Source: Vitrella brassicaformis CCMP3155
Lineage: Eukaryota > Protista > Chromerida
Length of the DNA: 64,000 nt
Direction of reading: 5' to 3'
Assembly (NCBI GenBank): GCA_001179505.1
Contig: CDMY01000562.1
Location: forward strand, 124,001-188,000
The position numbers were made by a program, and so were the translations under genes. A model generated the notes under the pieces. That model was not told where the DNA came from and made no database searches. It saw only the letters and a list, made by a program, of their open reading frames with translations. Below, piece after piece: positions 23,701 through 36,234 of this stretch (its first letter is position 1; each line of letters starts with the position of its first letter).

Positions 23701-24143
23701 GCCACGAGTGGCCCGCCAAAGAGATCCTCGACTATGTGCGGCACGACCTCGGCTTCGACTGCATGTGGATCGACGAGCGGGGCGTGTCAGCCTTTCTCCA
23801 CTTCGACGACGTCCCTGAAAAGGACTTCATCGGCGAGTTCCTCTGCGAGCGGAAGAAGAAGACACCGACATCAGGGGTGGGGGCAGGGGCTCAGAAGAAG
23901 GAAGCGGAGCGGCCGAAGGCAAAGGGAGATGCGGGCGGTGATGACGTGTCGCGGATGGCGGCGATGATCCGACGCGAGAAGGGGATGGGGAGGGGCAATG
24001 GGGGAGGGAAGGGCAGTCATGTTGATGCCGACCAAGGGCAAGGGCAGACAAGGCAAGAGAGGGAGCGGACGAAGCCAGACGACGGCAAGCTGACAGAAGA
24101 AGCCCAGGAAGAGCCGAGGCAGGAGAAGGACGAGCTGGGCTGA
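20772..24143 (+). CDS. Type II membrane protein with coiled-coil stem and divergent FkbM-like methyltransferase domain
   Basis: TM segment EIVLTLFFWLVGYGIIISLE, then coiled-coil exons. Domain motifs IFLDAGVDSSWYGVMLAYAGYSVIGFDA, VQTVRLDDFIDRPIQLMRVET...RVLH|GASRLL..VKY. Confidence 0.6.
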
Positions 24144-27100
24144 CCGACCGACCACATCCCACAGCTGTCTGTCTTTACTCAATCCATGACCTCTCCCGCT
24201 CGTTTCTTGCTGCCGTTGGCGTCTGTTGTGTCTGTCTGTCTGTTGAGCCGACAGATAGATGAGATGACTTGGCACGGGTGTACATAACATACCTGCCTGA
24301 CATGGACGGGTGGGCGCGGTGCGCCCCTCGACGGGTGGGGGTGTTGGGTTTGTGTTTTTCAGCGGGCCGGCCAGTCAGCCAGGTTGGTCGAGTCGACGAA
24401 CTGACAATTCATCCACTCATCGTGCTGCCGCAGTTTGTGGCTTGCCATGGCGTGCAGTGTAGGTGTGTGCAGCGAGCGCAGCACGTCCGTCTACCTGTCA
24501 GTCAGCAGCAATGGATCTGTCTGTCTGTCTGTCTGTGTCGCGTGCGTCCATACCCCCCTGCGCTTGCGTTGTGTCTGCGATGTGCGAGAGACAGCAAGGC
24601 AGATATAGAAAGGCAGACAGAGAGAGGGTACCTGTGTCTTGTATAGTGTAGGCAGACGGAGGGAGGGGGGGGCTTGGGGGGAGGCATCCAAATTAATTAA
24701 GGCGCTAGCTCTTTTCCTTCGTTGTGTGCGGCAGATGATGAATGAGCCTTCCTTTGCCCCTGGTCGGTCGGTCGGTCGGTCGGCCGGGTCGCACTTTTTT
24801 GCGTGTGAGCCGCCGCATGGTGCATGTCATGTCCTGTGGGTGGCTATGCTATGTGTGCAGCAGTCCCTTTCTCTGTCTGTCATCAGACCGTCTTTCTACT
24901 TTGCAAGGCGCCCTGAGAGGCATCACGGCATTCAGGTCTTTGGTAGCTTCAGTCAGTTCTTTAGGTGGGTGGGACACACAGACAGCTTAATTGTGAGATC
25001 AACGAACGTATGACGACAATGTCATTGGTGTGTAGCTGCGCATTGCACTGGGTGGGTGCAGTGCCGTGCATGGGTCTCATTCGTGTCGTGAGACCGTATG
25101 TGTATGTGTGTGTGTGTGTGTGTGATGGCTCGTGTGCCAATCGACAGTCGACATGCTTTTGGTGACAATTTTTGCTGTCCACTCTCTCCCTCCCTCCCTC
25201 CCTCCCTCCCTCTCACTCTCCTTCGTGTGTCGGCCGACAGTGGTCCCAACCGACTGCAATGCCATTCATCCACTTCGACGCAGCCAACAGACACACGCAC
25301 TTACATGTGTGCAGTGTGTGAGGGTGCGCGTGTGGCACCCACCCACCCACCCACCCACCCACCACCCTCACACACACACACACTGCTGCACACACAGGCC
25401 TTCCCCCCCTCGCTCTCTGCGCGTGCAGTGCCTCCCTGTTGATTGACATGAGCCTGTGTGTCTGTCTGTCTGCCACGCACTCCTGCACACCAACCGCATT
25501 CACGAAATTCGCAAACCCTACGCATAATTAGGTTTTAACTGAGCACATCAACCGCCGCCCCGCCCCCCTGCAATGGGAAAAAGCCTCCAAAAGCAGAGAG
25601 TGTTTACAGCTGCGAGCTTGATCGGTGCTAGGGGTCGCTAACGGCACATGCCTTTCCCAAAACACAAAAGGCACCAGAGAGGCTCACACACAGAAAGGCC
25701 ATACACGAAGCGAGAAGCAGCCAGAAGGCTTCCCACATGACATCTCTCTCTGTTTGTGCGCTTGTCGGCTCACAGAGATGCTGTTCGATCTCAAGGGATC
25801 GGCCATGCCGTCAAGGGCCCTAGCAAAGCTTTTCTGATCTCTTGATGAAGGTGCGATTCTGAGCTGGAGAGGCCTGTATGTTATTTACTTCAACTACTTT
25901 CGGGGTGGGATACCTTTTCAGCAACTTCGGATTCCCCTCATGACCCACACACACAACCTCATTCCCTCTGCTTGGTAAGGCCTGATAGCCCATAGTCACA
26001 TTATTTTGCACACACGCCCACAGCTTCTGGCCTGCACCTTTTTGGTGCGCGTCTTTCTCAGCTGCGACCCGGCCCCCAGTCTCTCTCTGTGCTCGTGCGG
26101 CTGAAGGTGATGCCTAATCCGCCAAAGTCAAGTCATCTCACACACAACCGGTGGTCACCCTCAAAGAGATCCTCGACTATGTGCGGCACGACCTCGGCTT
26201 CGACTGCATGTGGATCGACGAGCGGGGCGTGTCAGCCTTTCTCCACTTCGACGACGTCCGTGACAAGGACTTCATCGGCGAGTTCCTCTGCGAGCGGAAG
26301 AAAAAGACACCGACATCAGGGGTGGGGGCAGGGGCTCAGAAGAAGGAAGCGGAGCGGCCGAAGGCAAAGGGAGATGCGGGCGGTGATGACGTGTCGCGGA
26401 TGGCGGCGATGATCCGACGCGAGAAGGGGATGGGGAGGGGCAATGGGGGAGGGAAGGACAGTCATGTTGATGCCGACCAAGGGCAAGGGCAGACAAGGCA
26501 AGAGAGGGAGCGGACGAAGCCAGACGACGACAAGCTGACAGAAGAAGCCCAGGACGAGCCGAGGCAGGAGAAGGACGAGCTGGGCTGACCGACCGACCAC
26601 ATCCTACAGCTGTCTGTCTTTACTCAATCCATGACCTCTCCCGCTCGTTTCTTGCTGCCGTTGGCGTCTGTTGTGTCTGTCTGTCTGTTGAGCCGACAGA
26701 TAGATGAGATGACTTGGCACGGGTGTACATAACATACCTGCCTGACATGGACGGGTGGGCGCGGTGCGCCCCTCGACGGGTGGGGGTGTTGGGTTTGTGT
26801 TTTTCAGCGGGCCGGCCAGTCAGCCAGGTCGGTCGAGTCGACGAACTGACAATTCATCCACTCATCGTGCTGCCGCAGTTTGTGGCTTGCCATGGCGTGC
26901 AGTGTAGGTGTGTGCAGCGAGCGCAGCACGTCCGTCTACCTGTCAGTCAGCAGCAATGGATCTGTCTGTCTGTCTGTCTGTGTCGCGTGCGTCCATACCC
27001 CCCCGCATACATCCTGGCTTGCGTTGTGTCTGCGATGTGCGAGAGACAGCAAGGCAGATATAGAGAGGCAGACAGAGAGAGGGTACCTGTGTCTTGTATA

Positions 27101-27770
27101 GTGTAGGCAGACGGGGGCCTGGGGGGAGGCATCCAGATTAATTAAGGCGATAGCTCTTTTCCTTCGTTGTGTGCGGCAGATGATGAATGAGCCTTCCTTT
27201 GCCCCTGGTCGGTCGGTCGGTCGGTCGGCCGGGTCGCACTTTTTTGCGTGTGAGCCGCCGCATGGTGCCTGTCATGTCCTGTGGGTGGCTATGCTATGTG
27301 TGCAGCAGTCCCTTTATCTGTCTGTCATCAGACTGTCTTTCTACTTCGCAAGGCGCCCTGAGAGGCATCACGGCATTCAGGTAGGTAGCTTCAGTCAGTC
27401 CTTTAGGTGGGTGGGACACACAGACAGCTGTGAGGTGAGATCAACGAACGTATGACGACAATGTCATTGGTGTGTAGCTGCGCATTGCACTAGGCGGGTG
27501 CAGTGCATTGCATGGGTCTCATTCGTGTCGTGAGACCGTATGTGTATGTGTGTGTGTGTGATGGCTCGTGTGCCAGTCGACAGTCGACATGCTTTTGGTG
27601 ACAATTTTTGCTGTCCACTCTCTCTCTCTCTCCCTCACCCTCTCCCTCTCTCTCTCTCGCTCCCTCTCACTCTCCTTCTGTGTCGGCCGATCAGTGGTCC
27701 CAGCCCGCATTGAATGCCATTCATCCACCATATCCTGAATCGATACCAATCGACGCAGCCAACAGACACA
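23717..27770 (+). repeat. Direct local duplication: about 23717-25295 repeated at about 26162-27770
   Basis: Both copies begin caaagagatcctcgactatgtgcggcacgac and match closely through the last exon and 3' flank, diverging after cagccaacagacaca. Confidence 0.95.
26162..26588 (+). pseudogene. Orphan duplicate of the last-exon part of the FkbM-like gene
   Basis: KEILDYVRH...QEKDELG* copy with 5 amino-acid changes. No upstream exons are duplicated, and there is an in-frame TAA shortly upstream. Confidence 0.6.
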
Positions 27771-28268
27771 ATTCGTTATCATGTGAAACGGACTTTTTCT
27801 CAGGTGAAAACAGACTTCAGCGTGCGCTTCTGTGATCGCTCTGCTCCTCTTTCGAGCGATATCACACATCAGTGTAATGATGGTGATTCTGCAATGCATG
27901 GGACGTGCCGCTGGATATGTGAAGCAATGAATCAATCAATCATGGGTCATTGTCATTCATTGTCATTCATTCATTCAGTGAATCGCTGCATCACTATAGA
28001 CAACCCTCCTCGGTTGCTTCGCTTTGAGACGGCCGTGATCCTGGCCTGACAGCCATGTGTGCACGAGGGATACGTGGTCGGCTTTACCGGTGGTAAAGCC
28101 GAGGGAGACGAATTATGCTCGTACGTATGTATGCAAGGCACGAATTTTTCGTCTCCCTGGGATGGGAAAAAGGCTTCAAAAGCCGAGATAGTAGGGTTTG
28201 GGGTTTCAGGGTTTGCACCCTAGAGGGCACAGACGAAGGGAGAAGCGACCAGAAGGCTTTGTGTCGGG

Positions 28269-31200
28269 ATGGAGGTGAGTCCGCCTTTCGAGGACAACCC
28301 AGGTCCAGCACCAGCAGCAGCAGCAGCTGCTGCTGCATCCGAGAGGCCTCAGCCACCTCCTCCCATCATGTAAGCCAGCACCGCCTGAATCTGTCGGTCT
28401 GTGAGCTGAGCTCCATCACATGCACACATCCTGTACTCTCTGTGTGGGTGCTGTCGGCACCAACCGTAATGGCAGGCGTGAATACATCAACCTCATCGAC
28501 GACTCAGACGAGGAGGGAAGCGAGGGCGATGAGGAGTGCAAGTATGTCACAGAAAGCCAAAAGCACAACACTCGACCCTCTACTGGTCATTGTCCACCGA
28601 CCAGGATCATTCGCCGCAGAAACGCCCGGCATCTGCGTGATCAGGCTGTCCTGCGTATGGCCAACGACATGCCCGCGCTCCCTGCCCCTGCAGCCAACGA
28701 ACACCCCGGCGAGTCTGCGTCGGCGGCCGCAGCGGCCGCAGCGCCAGCGCCAGCCGGTCCCTCACAGCCCATCGAAATCGACCTCGACGCCTTCACCTTC
28801 ATGACGGGCGAGGAGCGTCGCCGCAAGAGGCAGGAGGATGCGGACCACGCCCTGGCAATGCGGCTGTGGAGCGAGATCAATGCTGGGGTGGACCGTCGTG
28901 ACATCGAGAGTCAGATGGAGAGGGACGAGAAGCTGGCGAAGGCGCTGTTCGCCAAGTGGCAGAGGCCGGACGCTGCTCGCGAGGCCGAGAAGAAGCGGCT
29001 GGAGGAGGCGGGCAGGAAGATGGCCCTTAGCATGCAGCAGAAGGAGGGCATCATGCACTCAGGTACCTGGGTGGGTGGGTACCTACACACCTGACCTGGG
29101 TGGGTCGATGTGATAGGTGGATAGGGGTGGTTGTGTGTGATTGATATGATGGATGTTGCCTGTCTGTCTGTTTTTTGTTTGTCTGTCCACCTCAGAGTGT
29201 CGCTTCTGTAGCCGCGTGTTGCTCGTAAAAGTTGGTCCAGGTACAACACAACACAACACACCAGATGCGCTGCAGCCAGCCATCCTCCACGAATGCTCCC
29301 TCCCCTCTCACTGTCCTCCCTCCCTCCCTCCCTCCCTCCCCCAGACACCACCGTCACCGAGGACCCCCCCCGCCCACCCCCGCCCCCCAAGCGGGGTCCT
29401 CGCACACGCCTCGCCGCCAAGAAGGCCGGGAACGACAACAACACGGCCGCAGAAGAGGAGGAAGACCAGTCGCCCCAGGAGCCCACCGTCAAGCTCATCG
29501 TCAGCCCCTACTGCGACAAGGAGGCCTGTGTGGCCAGGGGCCGGGCGCACTGCAACAGGCTGCTCAGCTGCGGGCACCCCTGTGGCGGCACGGCTGGGGA
29601 GTGGCACCCACACCAGCACCGGTACCAGCGGAGCGGCGACAGGTGCTGGTGTGTGTGTACGCACCCCGACTGCACACACGAGGAATCGGCGGCGAGCAAG
29701 GGGGGCGGCGTGACGGACTGCATGATATGCATGGACGGCTTGAACGAGAGCCCCGTGTTGAAGCTGGCGTGTGGCCATGTGCTGCACTATGGCTGTGTCA
29801 AGACGCAGCTGAGCAACATCAACTTCGACAATGGGGAGAGGTGAGGGAGGGAGTGAGCGGCCGGCAAACCACACACACACACACACAAACAACTACACTG
29901 ACTGACCCACAGAGGGAGGGAGGGACGCGTTGACAAGAATGGACAGATAGACAGACAGGGTTATGTCTGTTGCATGTCTGTGTGTGTGTTGTGTGTGTGG
30001 CAGGTTAGTCTTCAACCTGTTGAAGTGTCCGATGGGGTGCAACAAGCTGCTCGAGCACCCGGTACACTCACTGCACACGCTCTCACACACCACACGTTGG
30101 AGACACGGACACAGACAGACAGACAGACAGCGCCGGCCGCAACCCAACCCAACACACCACACCGCACCCCATCCGCCATCTGTCTGTCTGTCTGACTGAC
30201 TGACTGTCGAATCAGGTGATTGAGAATGAGATGCGGCCCCTTAAGGCCCTGCGCGCAGAGGTAGGCAGCGGGGTGGGTAGATGATACTTTGACACTCAGC
30301 ACACAGACAGACAGGCAGGCAGACAGACGGAGAGAGAGAGGAAAGGTGTGCGGACTGCCGGCATGCATGCCGCTGAGTGGCTATCTATCTGTGCGTGTGT
30401 GTGTGTGTGTGTGTGTCACACGCACAGGCGATTGCGAACGCCGCGCAGCGTGCCCGTTTGGAGAAGCTGACGGGCCCCGACGGACAGATACTCGACGGCG
30501 AGCAGGCACTCCACAAATACGCCTTCTACAAATGCTCCAAGTGTGTAACTCAGCGACTCAGCCACACCACACCACACCACACACACGAATCAAACTCATG
30601 GATGCGTTTGTGTCATGCAGGTGTCGCCGTGTCTACTGTGGGGGCCGTCTGGACTGCGAGCGGGACCTGCGCCAAGAGGAGGACAATGACAACGAGGGCC
30701 CAGCCCCCGCAGCTGCAGCAGCAGCGGCCCCCGCACCACAACCCGATCGTGGCCGGAAGGGCAAGAAGAAGCGCCGTCGCGTGAGCGCCGCGCCTGCCAG
30801 GGGCGCTGCTGCGGTGCCGCTGGGTGCTGGCGGGGTGAGGCCAAACAAGAAGGACGAGCTTGTCTGCCCTGCGTGCGCCATCGGACAGGCCGGACAGTGC
30901 CCCAAACATGGTGGGTCGGGATGCATGTGATTGATGTTTGTGGTGGACTGTTTTCTCTGTCTGTGTGTGTCTGTCTGTGTGTGGCTGTCTGTGTGTGTGT
31001 CTGTGATGTGTGTTAGGCCATGGCTTTGTGGAGTTCAAGTGCCGCTACTGCTGCGAGCCGGCCGTGGTGAGCGAGGGAGCCAGCGAAACAGGGAGGGAGC
31101 GAGCGAGGGAGGGCAACACACGGGGTGGGTCGTGCGACTCTTCTTGTCACTCCCTCCCTCTGTGTGCTTTCTGTGTGTGCAGTGGTTCTGCTTTGGCACG

Positions 31201-31869
31201 ACTCACTTCTGCGACAAATGCCGTGAGCAAAACACAGCACAGCACAGCTCAGCCCAGCATGACAGAAAGGAAGGCTCTGACAGAGAGAGTGGGTTAGTTA
31301 CGTCAGTAAGTCTGGGTGCCTGGGCGGTGTGGTGTGGTGTGCCATGATTGGTTGATTGATTGATCGCATGGCTGGGGTGGGGTGGGGTGCGTGGGCGGTT
31401 GGTTCAGACAATGACAATGCCTATCGATACGATGCATACCGTGAGAGCAGAGGGCACAGCACGGCACACCACGCACCACATCTTTTTCCTTCTTTCTCTG
31501 CCTGTGTGTGTGTGTGTGTGTCATCTCAGACAACACCAACCGCATCGGCAAGCCATGCCCAGGCCCCCACAAGTGCGCACTCGGCGGCAACCACCCACCG
31601 GTGAGCCCTCACACCCCCACCCACCACGCCCCCCCCCCACAGACACACACAGGCCCTGCCGTCCTTGTCTGCCTATATCTCTATCTGTGTTTTTTTGGTG
31701 TGTGGATGGATTGCATCAGAACCCCTGCGAGATGCCTATCGGCTGCGCATTATGCAAGGAAGAGGAGTTCAATGCAGAGAATGGTGGCCAGCAGAAGAAG
31801 AAGCGCGGCTCTGGTGGCAGCGGTGGTGGTGGTGGGGCGGCCGCAGCGGCGGCAGCAGCACGGCCGTGA
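28269..31869 (+). CDS. MYCBP2/PHR-type RING-Cys-relay E3 ubiquitin ligase, compact stand-alone form
   Basis: ECRFCS, YCDKEAC...CNRLLSCGHPCGG, RING-H2 CMICMDG...CGHVLHYGC...|RLVFNLLKCPMGC, then YAFYKCSK|CRRVYCGGRLDC, ELVCPAC...CPKH|GHGFVEFKCRYCCEPAV|WFCFGTTHFCDKC and CALGGNHPP|NPCEMPIGCALC. Confidence 0.88.
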
Positions 31870-33237
31870 GGGTATCATCATCGCACTTGATTGATGCAAT
31901 TGATGTAGCCATGTGCAAGACCTATCAGACAGACAGACAGACAGACGGACAAACGGACAGAGGGAGGGAGGCAGGAGAGGAGAGGAAGCAGCAGAGGGCA
32001 CCCTCTCTGTCCCCTCCCCCCCCCTCTCTCTCTCTCTCTCTCCGTGATGAATAGAAGAGCAAGTTTTGGCGCATCCCTTGCACAGTGAATATGTATGCCG
32101 TCCATGTGGGTGGGTGCGTTGTGCGGGCGTATACGTGTCTGTCGATCGAGTGCGTGCATCGGCTGCATGCCATGCACGGATGTTTTGGCAACCACCGAAG
32201 GGCACACACACGAAATGGTGTTGGTGTGTCCGACGAATGAACACTCAGTAAGGATTGCCTGGTAGACAGACAATGATGGCTGGCTGGCTGGATGGATTGA
32301 TGGACGGATTTCCCGGCACACACGCGGCGGTTGGGAGGCGAGGCGAGCATATGCACGATGCTCAAGTATATGGCATTGGGGTGCATTTTTGCCTTTGCGA
32401 TGCATTTCTGCCTGCCTGCCTCCCTGCCTGGTCTGTCTGTCTGCGTGCCTTTCCTCTCTGCCTTGTTTGTGCCCCAGACGACACCTACCTGAGGGGAGGG
32501 CACCTCGAGAGGCCTCGCGAGCTGTCTGTCGACCGCGGGGGCGGTGATGTCGTGAGGGGCGTTGTGAATCGGCGCATTGGGGGGCGGGTGGCTAACTTGA
32601 ATCGTCTGACGGACAGATGGATGAGTGCAGGTGTGTGGCTACCACTTGTTCAAGGATGCATGGCGTGTTTTCACTGGTTCGTACGAGATGAAGTGGCAGT
32701 CACACCATCCAATCATTCCAGCCACGGCACACACAACACAGACAGACAGACAGACAGGGGAGGGGAGGGACAGACAGACAGGGAAGAAGAACCATAGTCA
32801 CTCACGGCACAGCACAACACGCGGACACGCAAAGAAAGACGCACCCTCCCTTGCTTCTGTGCCTTCCAGACATGGCCGGACGCACCCATCTACTCACATC
32901 CATCCATCCATCCATGCAAGCAGCGCGTCTACTTGTGCGCCCACCTACCCATCCGCGCGAATCTTTCTATCTATCGTGAGAAAGAAGCCCATACCTACTT
33001 GGACGCCTTCACGCATTCGCCGTATTTGTTGCACCTGCACGGCCCTTCGTGATATAGTGCATTGCGGTAGCCCGCTTTGACATAGTCATAGTCAATTTCC
33101 TTATAGTTCCCGCACATCTTGCCCTCGTCAATTGGCTTTCCTTTAGTTCTATCTTTGCAGAGATAAGATTTCTCTCAGCAGTTGGTAGATTTCTTACCTG
33201 CACGCACGCATACATGTATCAGCACACGACGCATTAG

Positions 33238-34314
33238 TCAATGGATGTGTGTGAAGGCAGGCGTACCGGTGTGGTGGCCGTCGGCCGCCGTCATGATGGT
33301 GCGCTGGGCGTTGTCGGTGGCTTGCATGGCCATCATGATGGCGGACAGCTCCTTGGCGGCCGTGCTGAGGCCATCGAGGGCGGCGGCACTCAGCTCGTGG
33401 GCCGCAGCGGTGAGTTTCTTGGCCGACTGGTGGAGGGCCTTGCCGGTCTGGATCTGCTGCTGCAGCATCGACCACTCACCAGCACCCAACGCACCACCTG
33501 CACGCACACAGAGAGAGGGCGCCATGTGTGCAGCACATATGTGCATACATATGGGTGTGGGGGACGTCCCGTTACGTACCGTGCTTGTTGGCGGCCGTAG
33601 TCGTGTGCTTAGTGGCCTGGATCTCCTGAGAGCGGCCGACAAACGACGCACCTGCACACAACCGACGGACAAGTCGAATGAACGGCACATCCATAGATCT
33701 CACAGATAGATCCGCCCACCGTATGTGTCGGTATTGCAGTCCTTCCCCTCGCAGTCGGGACCGTAGCTCCACATCTCTGCGGCCATAGTTTGCTATCCAG
33801 CCATCTATATGGACAAAAGAGGACCAAAAACACACAATTTGGGTAGATCTGCGATGGTGCATGGTCGGTTCGGTGTGTGTGTATCACCCGTCATCCCGTC
33901 TGCTCACGCCGAGCTATCATGGCCTCGCTGATGTCATGCCGCCCCAGATAGCGAAGAAACGCCTGCATATATGAACGAAGTACAACCCATCGAAAGAACC
34001 GACTCATACAAATGGCCCCCGTTCCTCTTGTGGTGTCTGCTCACATCGCTGTTGACACTCCTCGCAACAATGAGGTGCGTCACGACGGGATTCATGACGC
34101 GTTCGTCGTCTTGCTCGAGATCAATGACATCGTTTTCATCTTCCTGCTGTGTGAGATCTCCGCTGAATATCACGGTGAGCTGGTCCTCCACTCTCCCTCC
34201 CATTTCGAGGACGCATGGCTTGATCAATTTCGTGGCCCGTGCCGACAGCCCATCCATCGGCACAAAGAACAGGCAACACGAGGCGAAGATGGAGGACGGG
34301 TCACACTGCGACAT
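33238..34314 (-). CDS. Hypothetical protein with an N-terminal BRCT-like segment; exon structure unresolved
   Basis: SIFASCCLFFV...LIKPCVLEMGGRV...VTHLIV is a BRCT-like pattern. A downstream helical ORF lies at 33238-33690. Exon phases could not be fully reconciled, and the gene may extend to about 32450. Confidence 0.4.
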
Positions 34315-34511
34315 GGGACGACTGCCGGCCTGCAGGCGGTTTCACGGAATGCCTCTGGCTGAAGCGAAAGCTGAAGTTTGTCACTGTCTGGGCGGCTGCG
34401 CTTGTGCCACAAGCGCTGTGCAATGAGGCACAGATGGTGAGGAGGATGACACACAACATGCATGAGGTGACTGAGCTATGGATGTCATGTCTGTGATGAC
34501 ATGCAGGTGTC

Positions 34512-35740
34512 ATGAGTTGCCTTCCGTGTTTGGACCATCTGAGTCGCGATGACTATGCCGACGTGTACGAGCCGTCAGAGGACACCTTCCTCTTCATCGA
34601 CGCCCTCGACAAGGAACTCACGCGAATCGCAGACGCCAAGCCCACACGCATTCTCGAAATGGGGTCGGTCAGGCAGGCAGGCACTGAGGCTGGAGGCAGT
34701 GAGGGAGGGAGGGAGGCAACACACTCAGTCACACACACACACACACACACACATGGATGAGTCATGAACCAACCACCATTTGTTTGTCTGCACAGGCCGG
34801 GCAGCGGGTGCATATCTGTCCACCTGCTGCAGCAGCTCCAGAAGCGGGCGGTGCAGTGTCTGCCGTCGTGTCTGCTCATCGACATCAACCCCAAGGCCGT
34901 CACGGCGGCACTCAAGACGGCAGCATGCAACGGCGTGGGCCAGCATTTCGACGGGCTGCAGGGCGATCTCTTCAGGGCCATTCGACCGAGGCAGACCTTC
35001 GACATGATGCTCTTCAACCCAGTAAGGGCGCACTGCACTGCCTGCATCCTGCACTCTTTGTCAATGGTTGCAATGCATTCAATGCCTTACCTCTCTGTGG
35101 CAGCCGTATGTGCCAAGCCCAGCTGAGGAGATGTGTGAGGGAGGAATCGCTGCTGCATGGGCTGGCGGAGTCGACGGCAGGGAGGTCATCGACAGATTCA
35201 TCCAACAAGCCCCGGTAAGCTAGTGGGTGCGGCGCGGTGCGGTGGATGGCATGATGCACCACGGCACCGCCCGGGCAGAACAGACAAATGCGGCACTTGC
35301 CTTGCCTTGCCTTGCCGCCTTGATGATTGCGATGTCCGTGCGTATGTCTGTCTGTACGTTTCCTTCTCCAGGACCACCTGGCTGACGGTGGCTGCATCTA
35401 CCTGGTGGGTGCGCAAAAGACCCACGAAATCGCACCGCACCGAAGCACTCAGGTTCCGGCCCTTCAGGCCCTGTGGTGTGCTGTGCTGTGCTGTCGTGCT
35501 CGTTGTCCAGCTCTCCGAGAGGCGCAACAAGCCCGAGGAGATCCGCCAGCTTTTCAAACAGAAAGGCTTCTGCTCAGAGGTGCGAACCAACGAACAGATG
35601 CAGGCAAGCAGGCTAGTAGAGTCAGTGTGTGTGTGTGTGTCCAGGAGGTACTTCATCGGCGGGCGCAAAACGAGCTGCTCAACGTGACGCGATTCTGGCG
35701 GGTCGGGTGGGGAGAGAGTGCGTGTGATGTGAATAGCTAA
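34512..35740 (+). CDS. N6AMT1: HemK-family methyltransferase N6AMT1/HEMK2 (Mtq2)
   Basis: DVYEPSEDTFLFIDAL, ILEMG|PGSGCI, IDINPKA, DMMLFNP|PYVP, AWAGGVDGREVIDRF, GGCIYL, RNKPEEI and RRAQNELL. Confidence 0.93.
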
Positions 35741-36078
35741 GCTACCTGCCTGGGTGCACAATCAGTACTTGCTGAATGCGATGTGAGTGTTCTGCAGGCG
35801 GGCAGCGAGCCAGACGTCTTTCTGTGAGTGAGTGTGTAGCTTCCCTCCCTGGTGTGTGTCGTGTCACTCACTCACTGCTCGCATCGCATCGCAACAATCG
35901 GTGCGGAGAAGGAAGGCTGAAACGTTCCCCCCATGATTGGACTGACTGACCGTGGCGGCACATATGGCATGTATGGTATGGGACGGATGTATGTATGTAC
36001 ATTCGTTGAGTTGAACAAACCGACAGACCCAAGTGGTCCAACCCACTCTCCCACCCTCCCTCCCTCACACACATGCCT

Positions 36079-36113
<35 letters not shown>

Positions 36114-36234
36114 ACGCACACGCACGTCCTTGATGATGTATGTCTTTAAACGCACCCACGCCTGCCTTCACGCACTCACAAATAATCATCCCAGGTGCAC
36201 TGCACCGCACCTGCCGGACCGCCCAATCTTCCTT

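Noticed and set aside
33000-33190. AT-richer Cys-containing minus-strand frame (KSYLCKDRTKG...MCGNYK...GPCRCNKYGEC)
   Set aside because: It could be a downstream exon of the BRCT-like gene, but splice phases could not be reconciled and no family was recognised.
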